In this document: piece by piece, positions 7,911 to 17,929 of the stretch
How positions within the stretch are numbered: position 1 is the first letter of the stretch
Layout of the letters: every line of letters begins with the position of its first letter
Assembly (NCBI GenBank): GCA_050179935.1
Contig: JBFXEQ010000005.1
Coordinates: forward strand, 39,738 to 103,737
From: Bacteroidales bacterium
Lineage (GTDB): Bacteria > Bacteroidota > Bacteroidia > Bacteroidales > UBA12077
DNA: 64,000 bases
Reading direction: 5' to 3'
Made by a program: the position numbers and the translations under genes
Notes under the pieces: model-generated
The model's input: the letters and a program-made list of their open reading frames with translations, nothing else
Databases searched by the model: none
What the model was told of the DNA's origin: nothing

Positions 7911-9086
7911 ATGATAAGATCATTCGCTTATAGGAGCATCATGTTTTTTGCAGGTATTTTATTTTTCATACTTGCCACATCCTTTACATTTTATAATCAT
8001 CCTAACGAAAATCATGATTTTAAAAGCGAAGAGACTCATCGCCCTGCATTTTTTCGTAATAAAATAATTACCGATGGGCCTTATGTTTTTTACGAAAATA
8101 ACGAGATTGTTGTACGATGGATTAAGGGAAAGCAACTAATAACTAAGAATCTATCAGGCGAAAACACAAAATACCTTCGTAAAAAATTTGGATTAAACAT
8201 TCCCATTGAAAACATTAAAAATCCCAATTCTAAACCCATTAATTATATTCAACAATACACAAACGTTGATAATGTAGTAATTATAAGTGATCCGCATGGC
8301 CAATTTGATTTGTTTACCAGTCTGCTAAAAGATCATCAGGTATTAAACGCAAATCTTGATTGGATTTTTGAAACCGGGCATTTAGTAATTTTAGGTGATG
8401 TATTCGATCGTGGATCAAAAGTAACCGAGCTATTATGGTTGATTTATCAATTAGAACAACAAGCTGAAAAAGCGGGCGGAAAAGTTCATTATATACTTGG
8501 TAATCACGAATTAATGGTTTTGAATAATGATTTACGGTATATTAATGAAAAATATATCCATTCGAGCCAAAAAATGAATATGGTTTATACCCAGCTTTTT
8601 GATGTAAACACCTTTTTTGGACAGTGGTTGCGATCAAAACCTGTAATGGTAAGTATTAACGACATGCTCTTTGTGCATGCCGGAATATCACCCGAGTTTT
8701 TATCAGCAGAACTTACTATTGAAAAAACAAATCAGATTTTTCACCAAAAAATAATTGGCAGGTCTTGGGATGTTATTTTAAATGATTCGATTAGCACCTT
8801 TTTGCTTAGCGAAAATGGTCCTTTATGGTATCGTGGTTATTTTAAAGAAATTATACCGGATAAAGAAATTGATAAAATTCTGAACTTTTTTAATTCAAAC
8901 CATTTAATTATTGGACATACCTCAATGCCCAATATTATGGCACTAAAAAGCGGAAAGATAATTATTGTCGACTCAGGGATTAAAGACGGAATTTATGGCG
9001 AAATCCTAATTTATAAAAAGAATGATTTATTCAGAGGCACTTCAAATGGAATGATTCTAAAACTAGAACCTCAGACTGGTTACTAA
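7911..9086 (+). CDS. Calcineurin-like metallophosphoesterase with an N-terminal membrane anchor
   Basis: Motifs 'ISDPHG', 'GDVFDRG' and 'GNHE'. Confidence 0.85.
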   Translation: MIRSFAYRSIMFFAGILFFILATSFTFYNHPNENHDFKSEETHRPAFFRNKIITDGPYVFYENNEIVVRWIKGKQLITKNLSGENTKYLRKKFGLNIPIENIKNPNSKPINYIQQYTNVDNVVIISDPHGQFDLFTSLLKDHQVLNANLDWIFETGHLVILGDVFDRGSKVTELLWLIYQLEQQAEKAGGKVHYILGNHELMVLNNDLRYINEKYIHSSQKMNMVYTQLFDVNTFFGQWLRSKPVMVSINDMLFVHAGISPEFLSAELTIEKTNQIFHQKIIGRSWDVILNDSISTFLLSENGPLWYRGYFKEIIPDKEIDKILNFFNSNHLIIGHTSMPNIMALKSGKIIIVDSGIKDGIYGEILIYKKNDLFRGTSNGMILKLEPQTGY

Positions 9087-9088
9087 GT

Positions 9089-10156
9089 TTAAAAACAGGT
9101 ACTTTTAACATTTCGCTTGATAAAATTGGGCGATTTAATTTCTTTATAAAACTCTTTAATATAATAAGTTACCCATTTTTTTGATTTCTTATCTAATAAA
9201 TCAAACGAATTGATATACTTAAAAATCTCTTGCTCTTTATTTAGAAAATGATTAATAACCTGATTGTAAAGTGAATCGCTCCGGCAAACTCCATTATAAT
9301 ATCGTTCGGTAACTTTTGTAATTGGAAGAGCTTTAGTAGGTGCAGAGTAATGAGCATCAACCATTCCTGCATAATCAAAATCGTAGGGCACAGGAATTAA
9401 TAAAGGATAATGATGATCTTTAAGCTTAAGTAGTTTTAAATTATGTCTTCCGGCCAGTGAAAAGTCTGTATTACCGATCATATACTGAAAAAACACCATG
9501 ATGGTCGAATGTAGTGAATCTAAATGCGAATGACTTAGATTGTCCTGCTTAATTGGTAATGCATCTACTCTTTCGGCAAGCATGTCTTCTGGCTCAATTA
9601 AAATAGCCCATTCGGAATCGGTTTTGTTTTTTCTGCCTATATCAACATAAGTTATTCGGGCTAATCGTGTTTTAAAACTATAATCGGTTATAATATTAAA
9701 TAATTTATAAGCCAAATACTCTTTTAATAGTATAGATGTATATTCTTTTGTACTTATGCAATGCGTAACTACTTTGATTTTATCTATATCGGAAGGCAGA
9801 TCATCGGTAACATCTGACTTTTTAAAATTAAGTGTGTATGGGGGAAAATAGCAGATATCTTTTCGTGTATTCCCTCTGGGTTTTATTTTAACATTTTTAA
9901 TAATCTCAACCGAATCGTTTAAAGCAAATGCAATGGTGGCTGGCATATAATTATCTGAATCTTTATTTGATTCAAGCTTTTTAATATCAAAAGTAAGCTT
10001 AAAGATCAGAGGATTATTCGTATCAAAAAAATCTGCCTGAAAATGAATATCCTCACCCTCGGCAGAACTGGTATCTTTATCCTGGGCAATTAAATACTTT
10101 TCGGGTAAAAGAAATATATAGCTATATGTCAAAAAAAACAATAGAAACCGAAACAT
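9089..10156 (-). CDS. Secreted CotH-like (atypical kinase fold) protein
   Basis: Signal peptide. 'IKPRGNTRKD..PPYTLNFKK' resembles the CotH 'RGNSS...KKSYRLKF' block. It also carries 'NTDFSLAGRHN' and 'PYDFDYAG'. The gene order VTC / DUF4956 / CotH recurs in Bacteroidota. Confidence 0.55.
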   Translation of the reverse strand: MFRFLLFFLTYSYIFLLPEKYLIAQDKDTSSAEGEDIHFQADFFDTNNPLIFKLTFDIKKLESNKDSDNYMPATIAFALNDSVEIIKNVKIKPRGNTRKDICYFPPYTLNFKKSDVTDDLPSDIDKIKVVTHCISTKEYTSILLKEYLAYKLFNIITDYSFKTRLARITYVDIGRKNKTDSEWAILIEPEDMLAERVDALPIKQDNLSHSHLDSLHSTIMVFFQYMIGNTDFSLAGRHNLKLLKLKDHHYPLLIPVPYDFDYAGMVDAHYSAPTKALPITKVTERYYNGVCRSDSLYNQVINHFLNKEQEIFKYINSFDLLDKKSKKWVTYYIKEFYKEIKSPNFIKRNVKSTCF

Positions 10157-10180
10157 CCTATTTTAAATTTTAATTGGGCA

Positions 10181-10849
10181 TTACCTTGGAGCATCGTAAA
10201 AACGTATTCCTTTAGCTTCTTTAAAGAAAACCAGTATTTCAATACTATCACGGATTAAATCAGCCGGACCCATATAAACCTTTACAACCTCAACACCTAG
10301 TCTTTCGGAAAGATCTTTTTTCATTTCTTCGTAGTTTTCAGGCTTTGCCAAATCAAGCCTATCGTAAATGACTTTTTTGCGTTTTACGCTCATTCCTGTA
10401 ATATACGATTCGACTACAAATGCCACAAGGATTGTTAAAACATCAGCAGCAGCCAGCTCAATAAAACTAATATTCTCGTTTGACACTGCATTTTTAATCG
10501 AAATTCCTATTACGAGGAAAAGGTAAGTCATCTCACGCGGTGGTATCGGGTTTGTTCTGTACCTAAGGATGCCAAAAATAGCAAATAATCCTAGGGCAAA
10601 TCCTAACCGCAAACTAACTGATCCAAGTAATAAACAAATCTGAAAAACCATCATACTTACAATCATGTAAGTAAAGAAATACTCGCGGTAACCTCCTTTT
10701 CTGAAATATAAATAATAAGAAGGAATAAAAACCCAGAACAAATTATACCCAAACCTTGCAACCAGGTTTATAAAGCCTTCGGAGTTAAAAAAATCTAATC
10801 CAAAAACCTTAATGGGTTCAATAAAGTCGCTTATCATACTTAGTACCAT
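10181..10849 (-). CDS. DUF4956-family membrane protein
   Basis: Multi-TM N-terminal half plus a soluble C-terminal domain. It lies immediately downstream of the VTC gene and overlaps it. Confidence 0.7.
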   Translation of the reverse strand: MVLSMISDFIEPIKVFGLDFFNSEGFINLVARFGYNLFWVFIPSYYLYFRKGGYREYFFTYMIVSMMVFQICLLLGSVSLRLGFALGLFAIFGILRYRTNPIPPREMTYLFLVIGISIKNAVSNENISFIELAAADVLTILVAFVVESYITGMSVKRKKVIYDRLDLAKPENYEEMKKDLSERLGVEVVKVYMGPADLIRDSIEILVFFKEAKGIRFYDAPR

Positions 10850-11594
10850 AACATATTTGATTAATGGTTGTTATTTTTTTTATAAACCGATTGTGTTTAA
10901 TTGATGGATTAAGAACTATACTACCAAGAATATACTTGCTAAAACCATATGGTTTAATTTTTAAATCATGCAATACTTTTGACAGTGGGCTGGCAACCTG
11001 CGCTTTTTCTTTCTTGGTTTCAATAATAACAAGATCGGGAAGAATAATAGTTTGGTCATTCTTTTTAAACTGAATCTGAGTATCAATAGTTATTCTTTCG
11101 AAATGATTTTTCCCGGCCATGGTTATCCGGTTAAAATTTGTCCAGATTGTTGGTTGCAAACCCGATTCGGGAACATCGATGTATTTATTTAAAAAATCAA
11201 GATGTAATTTGTTTAGGCTCGTATCAAAACTAAATTCTTTTCTTTTTTTATCGGTTCGGGTATAGTTTTTTTTCTTTTTAATTTCGAGAAAAACATCGCC
11301 TGTATTCACATATTTGCGAAACCGAATTTTATACCTGATTCTTTTCCCCTGATGATGATCAAAATAAGTTTTTAAATCGGGAGTATCGAAATATAACGAT
11401 TCGTATGTGAATTGGCGTTCTTTACCAGAAGCCTGAATCCTGAAATGATCAGTAATGGCAGACAATATTTGTGGCAGTTGCGATTTATGACAGATATATT
11501 TTGTATCTATTCTGTTTAGCAGTTTGTATTCAATTAACTCGTCTAAGCTAATTGGTTCGAAATGTTGAAGCAAATCGTAAGCAATATCACTCAT
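10818..11594 (-). CDS. VTC-domain (polyphosphate-polymerase-like, triphosphate tunnel) protein
   Basis: 'RIDTKYI', 'YESLYFDTPDL' and 'RYKIRFRKY...FLEIKKK' are characteristic of CYTH/VTC tunnel strands. Confidence 0.75.
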   Translation of the reverse strand: MSDIAYDLLQHFEPISLDELIEYKLLNRIDTKYICHKSQLPQILSAITDHFRIQASGKERQFTYESLYFDTPDLKTYFDHHQGKRIRYKIRFRKYVNTGDVFLEIKKKKNYTRTDKKRKEFSFDTSLNKLHLDFLNKYIDVPESGLQPTIWTNFNRITMAGKNHFERITIDTQIQFKKNDQTIILPDLVIIETKKEKAQVASPLSKVLHDLKIKPYGFSKYILGSIVLNPSIKHNRFIKKITTINQICYGTKYDKRLY

Positions 11595-11738
11595 AAGCTT
11601 TGTTTCAAATTACCATCCCTCACATCCACAATGCATAAAAGTAATCAAATCCCATTAAATTAAAATATATTAAAAAGAAATATATTTACTAAACGATGAA
11701 TTTTTACTTATTTTACTAAAAATTAACATCTAATTATT

Positions 11739-12593
11739 ATGAAAACATTTATTATTCAGCTTATTTTAATATTCAGCCTGTTTCAAGGATTATCTCAGAA
11801 TAAAAACGCATATCAGATTTATACTACTAATGGCGAATTGGTTACGTACGAAAAAATGCTAAGTGAATTGAAAAATGCTGATATTATTTTATTTGGAGAA
11901 CTGCATAATAATCCTGTTTCGCACTGGTTACAGTACGAAACAACATTGGATCTATCGCAATCTGAACAACTTATTATGGGAGCCGAAATGTTCGAAGCCG
12001 ATAATCAGGACGAGCTCAATAAGTATTTAAAAGGAGAGATTGATCAAAAAGCATTAGATACCCTTGCCCGGCTTTGGCCAAACTACAAAACAGACTATGC
12101 CCCATTGGTAAATCTGGCCAAAGACAAACAGATAAGTTTTATTGCTACAAATATTCCTCGCCAATATGCCAATATGGTTTTTAAAAAAGGTTTCGAATCA
12201 CTTGAATCGCTCACAGATGAAGAAAAAAGCTGGATGGCACCTTTGCCAATTGAATACGATGCTGAATTACCAGGTTATAAAAACATGCAATCAATGATGG
12301 GTGGACACGGAGGTGAAAACCTACCAAAAGCACAAGCTATAAAAGATGCTACCATGGCCTATTTTATAAGTACCAGTTATTTGCCAGGTAACAAATTTAT
12401 GCATTACCATGGAACTTACCATACCGATAATTACGAGGGAATACTCTGGTATTTGAAAAAGCTGAAACCTGAATTAAAATATATTACCATTTCTACTGTA
12501 GTTCAGCCTGATGTTAATACATTACAGGACGAAAATAAGGGAAAAGCCGATTTTATTATTTGTGTTGATGAAAACATGACATCAACCTACTAA
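11739..12593 (+). CDS. ChaN-family (haem-binding uptake, DUF399-like) lipoprotein or secreted protein
   Basis: Signal peptide and the 'ADIILFGELHNNPVSHW' motif typical of ChaN/Cofac_haem_bdg proteins. Confidence 0.65.
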   Translation: MKTFIIQLILIFSLFQGLSQNKNAYQIYTTNGELVTYEKMLSELKNADIILFGELHNNPVSHWLQYETTLDLSQSEQLIMGAEMFEADNQDELNKYLKGEIDQKALDTLARLWPNYKTDYAPLVNLAKDKQISFIATNIPRQYANMVFKKGFESLESLTDEEKSWMAPLPIEYDAELPGYKNMQSMMGGHGGENLPKAQAIKDATMAYFISTSYLPGNKFMHYHGTYHTDNYEGILWYLKKLKPELKYITISTVVQPDVNTLQDENKGKADFIICVDENMTSTY

Positions 12594-13372
12594 ACCATCA
12601 TTATACCGGTAGCTAAGCGACCGGTTTTTTGTTTGTCTCTTCGGGCTGAATAAAAAAGATCAGAATTAGAAAAAGTGCACATTTCGGCAATTTCGATATT
12701 GCTTTCAGGTATTCCACTTTCAGTTAACACCATTTTATTTGCTTGCCACAGATCAAACAAGGCTTTTTCAGAACCAGTTATTTGCTTTAGTACATGATTA
12801 TTACCAAATGCTTTTATTACAAGATTTATAACATCGGGACCAACTTCGTACACATCAGGACTAATTGATGGCCCTATTCCTGCAATCATTTTTTTCGGAT
12901 TAGCGCCAAACTCGCTAACCATTATTTCAATTGTGTTTTTTGCAATTTTCTCAACAGTGCCTTTCCATCCCGAATGAACCGCTGCAATAATTCTTTTCTC
13001 GGGTTCATATATAATCACAGGAACACAATCGGCGGTTCGAACACCTATACAAATACCAGGAATATTAGTAATCAAGGCATCTGTATCAGAAAACACATCA
13101 TTTACCGATTTTACAATGGCTATATTCGTTCCGTTCGTTTGCTTCGGAAAAACCATACAACTTTTCGAGATTTGTGTTGCCTCGGCCAATAACTCAAGGT
13201 TTTTATCAACTAACTCAGGATTATCATTTACCGTGTAACCAAGATTCAAGCTTTCGAGATGATTCCTACTAACACCACCAAGCCGAGTGCTGGTAAAATG
13301 CTTTAATCCTTGAATTTTATGCAAATTCTGAAACTGATAAAAAGTTAGCTTGTTTACATTTCTGGTAATCAT
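12590..13372 (-). CDS. pgeF: Peptidoglycan editing factor PgeF (YfiH / laccase-domain, Cu-oxidase_4 family)
   Basis: 'FTSTRLGGVS', 'TADCVPV' and 'HSGWKGT' motifs. Confidence 0.9.
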   Translation of the reverse strand: MITRNVNKLTFYQFQNLHKIQGLKHFTSTRLGGVSRNHLESLNLGYTVNDNPELVDKNLELLAEATQISKSCMVFPKQTNGTNIAIVKSVNDVFSDTDALITNIPGICIGVRTADCVPVIIYEPEKRIIAAVHSGWKGTVEKIAKNTIEIMVSEFGANPKKMIAGIGPSISPDVYEVGPDVINLVIKAFGNNHVLKQITGSEKALFDLWQANKMVLTESGIPESNIEIAEMCTFSNSDLFYSARRDKQKTGRLATGIMMV

Positions 13373-13442
13373 ACAAAAGTTATTTTTGGCAAAAGAAGTA
13401 AAGTTTTGTTAGATTTAAAGCAGCAAATATAAAAACTATTAA

Positions 13443-14105
13443 GTGATAAAAATAACAATAGATAACAAGTTAAAGGAGAAATGGAGTTCCATTGCAATAG
13501 GTTCTGTTTGTGCAAATATAATCGTTAAACCTTCCGACAATGAACTGATAAATATGCTGGATAATTGTTGTATCGAATTTGCCAGTCATCATAGTGTTGA
13601 GGATATTTCGCAATTAAAACCCATTGCTGATTCACGAAAAGCATACCGAGCTTTGGGCAAAGATCCTGCCCGCTACAGAGTTTCATCGGAGGCATTACTA
13701 CGCAGAATTGTGAAAGATAAAGGAATTTATAAGATCAATAACATTGTAGATATTAATAATTTGTTATCAATCTCGTCCTATTATTCAATTTGTGCTTTTG
13801 ATGTTCTAAAGTTAAATCCGCCCATTCAGTTTACCATTGGAAGTAACGAAGACATTTATTACGGCATTGGGCGAGGGTTACTCAACATTGAAAACCTTCC
13901 GGTTTTCGAAGATCATCTTGGAAAATTTGGTAGTCCTACAAGTGATTCTGAAAGAGTTAAAATCACCAGCGAAACAACTCAACTATCGATGAATATCATT
14001 TCGTTTAGCGGTAAAGCTGATCTTGATTTTCAGTTGAACAAACTTGCAACTTTACTGCAACAATTTGCTGATGCAAAAAACATTGAAAAAATGATTATCA
14101 TCTGA
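13443..14105 (+). CDS. B3/B4 (PheT-like tRNA-binding) domain protein
   Basis: 'DSRKAYRALGKDPARYRVSSEALLRRI' and 'INNIVDINNLLS' motifs. GTG start. Confidence 0.75.
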   Translation: MIKITIDNKLKEKWSSIAIGSVCANIIVKPSDNELINMLDNCCIEFASHHSVEDISQLKPIADSRKAYRALGKDPARYRVSSEALLRRIVKDKGIYKINNIVDINNLLSISSYYSICAFDVLKLNPPIQFTIGSNEDIYYGIGRGLLNIENLPVFEDHLGKFGSPTSDSERVKITSETTQLSMNIISFSGKADLDFQLNKLATLLQQFADAKNIEKMIII

Positions 14106-14387
14106 TTTATAGTAAGTTTACAATTAGTTAGGTTTAAGTTTAGAATTTTTAGATTTTTTTCATTGTGTAACTAAATTCTTTTAAACAATGATTACAAGAA
14201 TGTATTTAGATAACAAATGTTTTTGTAATCCCAGAGGGATTGAATGTTTGTAGCAAATAATAAAGATTTTAAAATGCGTGTCAGTAAAAATAATAATCGA
14301 AGAAAGAATCTTGACAGGACACGCAATTGCAATTTGTTAAGATTAGGTTTTAAAAGCTAAATCTAAGATTATATTAATAATTCTGAT

Positions 14388-15059
14388 TTAAAAAAGTGCT
14401 ATACCAAGCCTTGCGCCAGCAACAAACTGAGTTCCGCTATAACCATAGTCGATATTTCCACGGTTGTATTTTATTGCTACTTTTTCGGGCGAACTGTGAG
14501 TGCTGTATTTTATGCCAAATCCAAGAAACAAATCGATATAAAACTTTGAAAATGGATTAAACTGCTGCCCTATTATTGCAAAACCATTATAGCTATTAAT
14601 ATTCACCGTGTACTTTAAATCCTGCATCTCGTAATAAGCAAGTCCATCTTCACCAGTTATTTCAACATAATTATAATTATCACCTTTTATTGCAAAATAC
14701 CGGTAAGTAACCCCTAATGATGCATACAATCCTTTATAGGAATGCTTGTTAACAAATATTTTTCGAGATATTCCCAAACCATAACCTTCCATTTTTTCGT
14801 AAGCATACGGATTATAATCATACTGACTTCCAGGGTTCAGCTCGCTCGATGAGGACCCGTCAGAATAATAATAAGGAGAAATAATCCACCACTTATTCGA
14901 ATCGGATTTACGAAGATCAATATCCAATCTAATACCATTGGTAACAAGGTATTGAGGAACAAAAAACAATACTGCGTTTTCGCCTTTTTGCTCCTGCGAC
15001 CAAGTATAGGTATTGCAGAAAGCCTGTATAACTATTAATAGCAAATATTTTATTTTCAT
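14388..15059 (-). CDS. Predicted outer-membrane beta-barrel protein (paralog of 15100-15738)
   Basis: Signal peptide, alternating aromatic/aliphatic strands and a C-terminal 'ARLGIALF'. It shares 'FVPQYL.(T/N).GIR(L/I)D' with its neighbour. Confidence 0.65.
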   Translation of the reverse strand: MKIKYLLLIVIQAFCNTYTWSQEQKGENAVLFFVPQYLVTNGIRLDIDLRKSDSNKWWIISPYYYSDGSSSSELNPGSQYDYNPYAYEKMEGYGLGISRKIFVNKHSYKGLYASLGVTYRYFAIKGDNYNYVEITGEDGLAYYEMQDLKYTVNINSYNGFAIIGQQFNPFSKFYIDLFLGFGIKYSTHSSPEKVAIKYNRGNIDYGYSGTQFVAGARLGIALF

Positions 15060-15099
15060 GGTGTAGCTTTTTTATAAATAGTAGAAAATAAATTGGTAA

Positions 15100-15738
15100 T
15101 TACAATATCAACCCAATCCTAACACCTCCATGCAGCAGGTTTCCATCATAACTATACCCAAAATATGTTGAGCTAAAACGATCTTTATCAGTTCCAGTTC
15201 CTGTCATATTGCTTATTCGAGTTCCAACACCGGTATAGATATCGAGTGATAGCTTATTTTTAAAAAAGAACTGGTAACCCAGCAATAAGTCGGCTCCATA
15301 TTTATTAATATATGCACTGGTACTAATGGTTTCGCCAAGATACTCCTCATAATAATCGATATCAAAATAGCTGTAACTTATACCATAACTAAAATATATT
15401 CCTCTTTTTAAGAAATTCTGATTAGCAAAAACTTTATGATAAATGTTTATTCCAAAACCTGAAATATTATTAAAATCATCATTGCTTGAACTTTCTGAGT
15501 AATAAGGATCATCTGTTCTGTTGCTTTTCTTTTCTCCTAAATAAAACTGAGGGCAAAACTGAATTAAACTTCTTGGGCTTATTTGTCGCTCATAATCAAT
15601 TCTAATTCCGTGATTAATAAGATATTGAGGTACAAACGAGTATATTGCACCCTTTAATTTTAACGAGTCGTTCTGCGAAAAAGACATCTGTCCAAAAGCC
15701 AAAATTAAGAGCAACGAAATCAGTATATTTTTTTTCAT
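15100..15738 (-). CDS. Predicted outer-membrane beta-barrel protein (paralog of 14388-15059)
   Basis: Signal peptide, 'FVPQYLINHGIRIDYE' and a beta-strand periodicity that ends in 'GGVRIGLIL'. Confidence 0.65.
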   Translation of the reverse strand: MKKNILISLLLILAFGQMSFSQNDSLKLKGAIYSFVPQYLINHGIRIDYERQISPRSLIQFCPQFYLGEKKSNRTDDPYYSESSSNDDFNNISGFGINIYHKVFANQNFLKRGIYFSYGISYSYFDIDYYEEYLGETISTSAYINKYGADLLLGYQFFFKNKLSLDIYTGVGTRISNMTGTGTDKDRFSSTYFGYSYDGNLLHGGVRIGLIL

Positions 15739-15742
15739 AATA

Positions 15743-16483
15743 TTAGTTGTTTGTATATAATGTACTTAATAAAGTTAACTCTCCAGTCGAATCAAATTCA
15801 TATTCGTATAACCCCGATTCGGCAACCACAATTAAAATGTTTTTAATTGGAATTACATCAAATGCATTTATCGATTCTTTTCGAATAAATACAGGTGTAA
15901 TAGGATCAGTAATATCGAACACTTTAATGCCATTATCGCAAACAAAGAGCAAATTGCCTGACACACCTAATCCTTTTGGACTATCCATGTTTACAACCGA
16001 AACCTCAACAGGATATGTTTTGTCACTAACATCGATAACACTCAACTGATTAAGCCCTCTACCACAACGACCTGAAGAATTTAAAGTTGCATAAGCATAA
16101 TTGCCCGAAACAACTACTGGGTCGCAACTGTAAATATGACTAAAAAGTGAAAGTCTAACAGGATTGTCCGGTATTGAAATATCATAAATATAAACACCCC
16201 ATCGCGATCCCAAAAACAAATACTGATCTTTGGCAAAAATCGTTTCTATTCCGAAATCAATATAAAGCTGCTTAATAAAAACAGGTTGAGTTTCGTTTGT
16301 AATATCAAATATCTTTAAATATTCCAGTTCAACTGTATAAAGGTAATTCCCCGCTATGCCAAAACGCGCTAAAGAACCTGCTGTTCCGGTATCACTTGAA
16401 TCATTGGTAGAATAATCCGATTCCTCGCATTGTACAAATACAAACAAGGTTAAAATCAGTAATATATAATAAATTTTTCTCAT
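15743..16483 (-). CDS. LVIVD-repeat (beta-propeller) lipoprotein
   Basis: Lipobox 'FVFVQC'. Repeated units of the type 'YLY.V....LKIFDITN.T.PVFI', 'GVYIYDISIPDNPVRL' and 'GIKVFDITDPITPVFI'. Confidence 0.75.
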   Translation of the reverse strand: MRKIYYILLILTLFVFVQCEESDYSTNDSSDTGTAGSLARFGIAGNYLYTVELEYLKIFDITNETQPVFIKQLYIDFGIETIFAKDQYLFLGSRWGVYIYDISIPDNPVRLSLFSHIYSCDPVVVSGNYAYATLNSSGRCGRGLNQLSVIDVSDKTYPVEVSVVNMDSPKGLGVSGNLLFVCDNGIKVFDITDPITPVFIRKESINAFDVIPIKNILIVVAESGLYEYEFDSTGELTLLSTLYTNN

Positions 16484-16500
16484 AATCAGGTCGTTTATTA

Positions 16501-17010
16501 TTAATTATCAGATTTTTTCCAGCCTACAATAATTGTATTTTCAGGCCTATTGTTATGATTGAAGATATAAGGAATATAATCTAGGTCAGGAGGGGTTGAT
16601 TCCGGAAAAACATTTCTTACTCTGCTTGTAACACTGAGATTCTGAGCTCCATTACTTAAATCGATTGTAACCAAATCGATAGCATTATCGGCCAAAAGAC
16701 TATTGTTTTTAATTGCTATATCGATACAGCCTGGTATGTTTATAAACCCAATATTTACAGGAGATTCAGGATTAGTGTTATCAATAACATGAATCCCTTT
16801 AAAGAGTTCGTTAAGATAGATCGTATTATCCTTATAATAAATTTTACCTGTGGTTTTTATTTCTTGTGTTTCTCTGAAAAAAACACTTTTTTCAAGCTCG
16901 CCCCTATCCATCAGTACGGGATAATACTCTGAGGGATTATTAAAATCATTGTCTGAGGTTGCAATAAGAAAGGGTAAGCTAAGAAGAAGAAAATATGCTA
17001 TTTTTCTCAT
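16501..17010 (-). CDS. Secreted protein with a single LVIVD-like repeat
   Basis: Signal peptide and 'GIHVIDNTNPESPVNIGFINIPGCIDIAIKNN'. It is the first gene of a 4-gene minus-strand operon. Confidence 0.65.
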   Translation of the reverse strand: MRKIAYFLLLSLPFLIATSDNDFNNPSEYYPVLMDRGELEKSVFFRETQEIKTTGKIYYKDNTIYLNELFKGIHVIDNTNPESPVNIGFINIPGCIDIAIKNNSLLADNAIDLVTIDLSNGAQNLSVTSRVRNVFPESTPPDLDYIPYIFNHNNRPENTIIVGWKKSDN

Positions 17011-17189
17011 AATTTGAGTGTTGGTTTATACCTAAGATGAAAGAATATGTCAGATCGTTGCTTTTTTAAAAAATACAATTTAGGCATTTTTTATCCTGAT
17101 ACGATCCAACCAATATTAAAGGTAAACAAAATTATAAGAAACTCCAGTTATGTTTTGAAAAAGAAGAGGAAAAATTCTTAAATAAAAAC

Positions 17190-17624
17190 TTATTTTCCCT
17201 TTTTCGGAATGAATATTAGCGATATTGAGTTTACACAATGGCGGGTATTTTTGAGTGTAAATCCTTCGTTTTTAAAAACATGGCCCAAATGAGCACCACA
17301 ATTGGCACAAACAATTTCTGTCCGAAAACCATCAGCATCAGTGATTCTTTTTACCGTCCCTTTTATTTCATCATCAAAACTTGGCCAACCGCAATTCGAA
17401 TCAAATTTATCCTCAGACCGAAATAAAACCGTTTCACAACGCTTGCAGACATAAACACCTGTATCTTTATGATTTGTATATTCACCTGTAAAAGGTCGTT
17501 CGGTTCCTTTATAAACAATAACTTGTTCTTCTTCCGGCGTAAGCTTATTAAAATGCATTGTGTTCTGCGATTTTACAAACAAAGAGATTGTTAAAAAATA
17601 TAAGATAATAATTACCTGCCTCAT
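17190..17624 (-). CDS. msrB: Peptide-methionine (R)-S-oxide reductase MsrB with an N-terminal signal/anchor sequence
   Basis: Zn-site 'CKRC' and 'CANC', plus 'CGWPSF' and 'GHVF' motifs. The N-terminus 'MRQVIIILYFLTISLFVKSQ' is hydrophobic. Confidence 0.9.
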   Translation of the reverse strand: MRQVIIILYFLTISLFVKSQNTMHFNKLTPEEEQVIVYKGTERPFTGEYTNHKDTGVYVCKRCETVLFRSEDKFDSNCGWPSFDDEIKGTVKRITDADGFRTEIVCANCGAHLGHVFKNEGFTLKNTRHCVNSISLIFIPKKGK

Positions 17625-17929
17625 TGTATAGTAGAAACAACATTAACTTAAAATAGTTCAGCATTTTAGTTTAATATTTTTCGGGTTTAGGTTGATTCTA
17701 ATTTTATAATCCTTTAAATTAGTATGAAATTAGGATTGTATGTTTTGATCAGATTGTAATAATTTAATAATTACCTGTTTTTCATTATACAATTTAATTG
17801 TTTTTTTGTTTATAAATTACAATCAGTTTGGATTTTAATTAACAATTACTTAATATTTAAAACTATATTTACCAATATAGATCGTTTTCTTTTGCTAAAT
17901 ACTATTTATAAAATATTAAACCAACCTTT

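Noticed and set aside
15743-17010. Possibility that the two LVIVD ORFs are one gene split by a frameshift (pseudogene)
   Set aside because: The downstream ORF has its own ATG, a complete signal peptide and a lipobox ('FVFVQC'). A 17-nt spacer separates it from the upstream stop, so two intact genes is the simpler reading. Comparison with orthologs would settle it.
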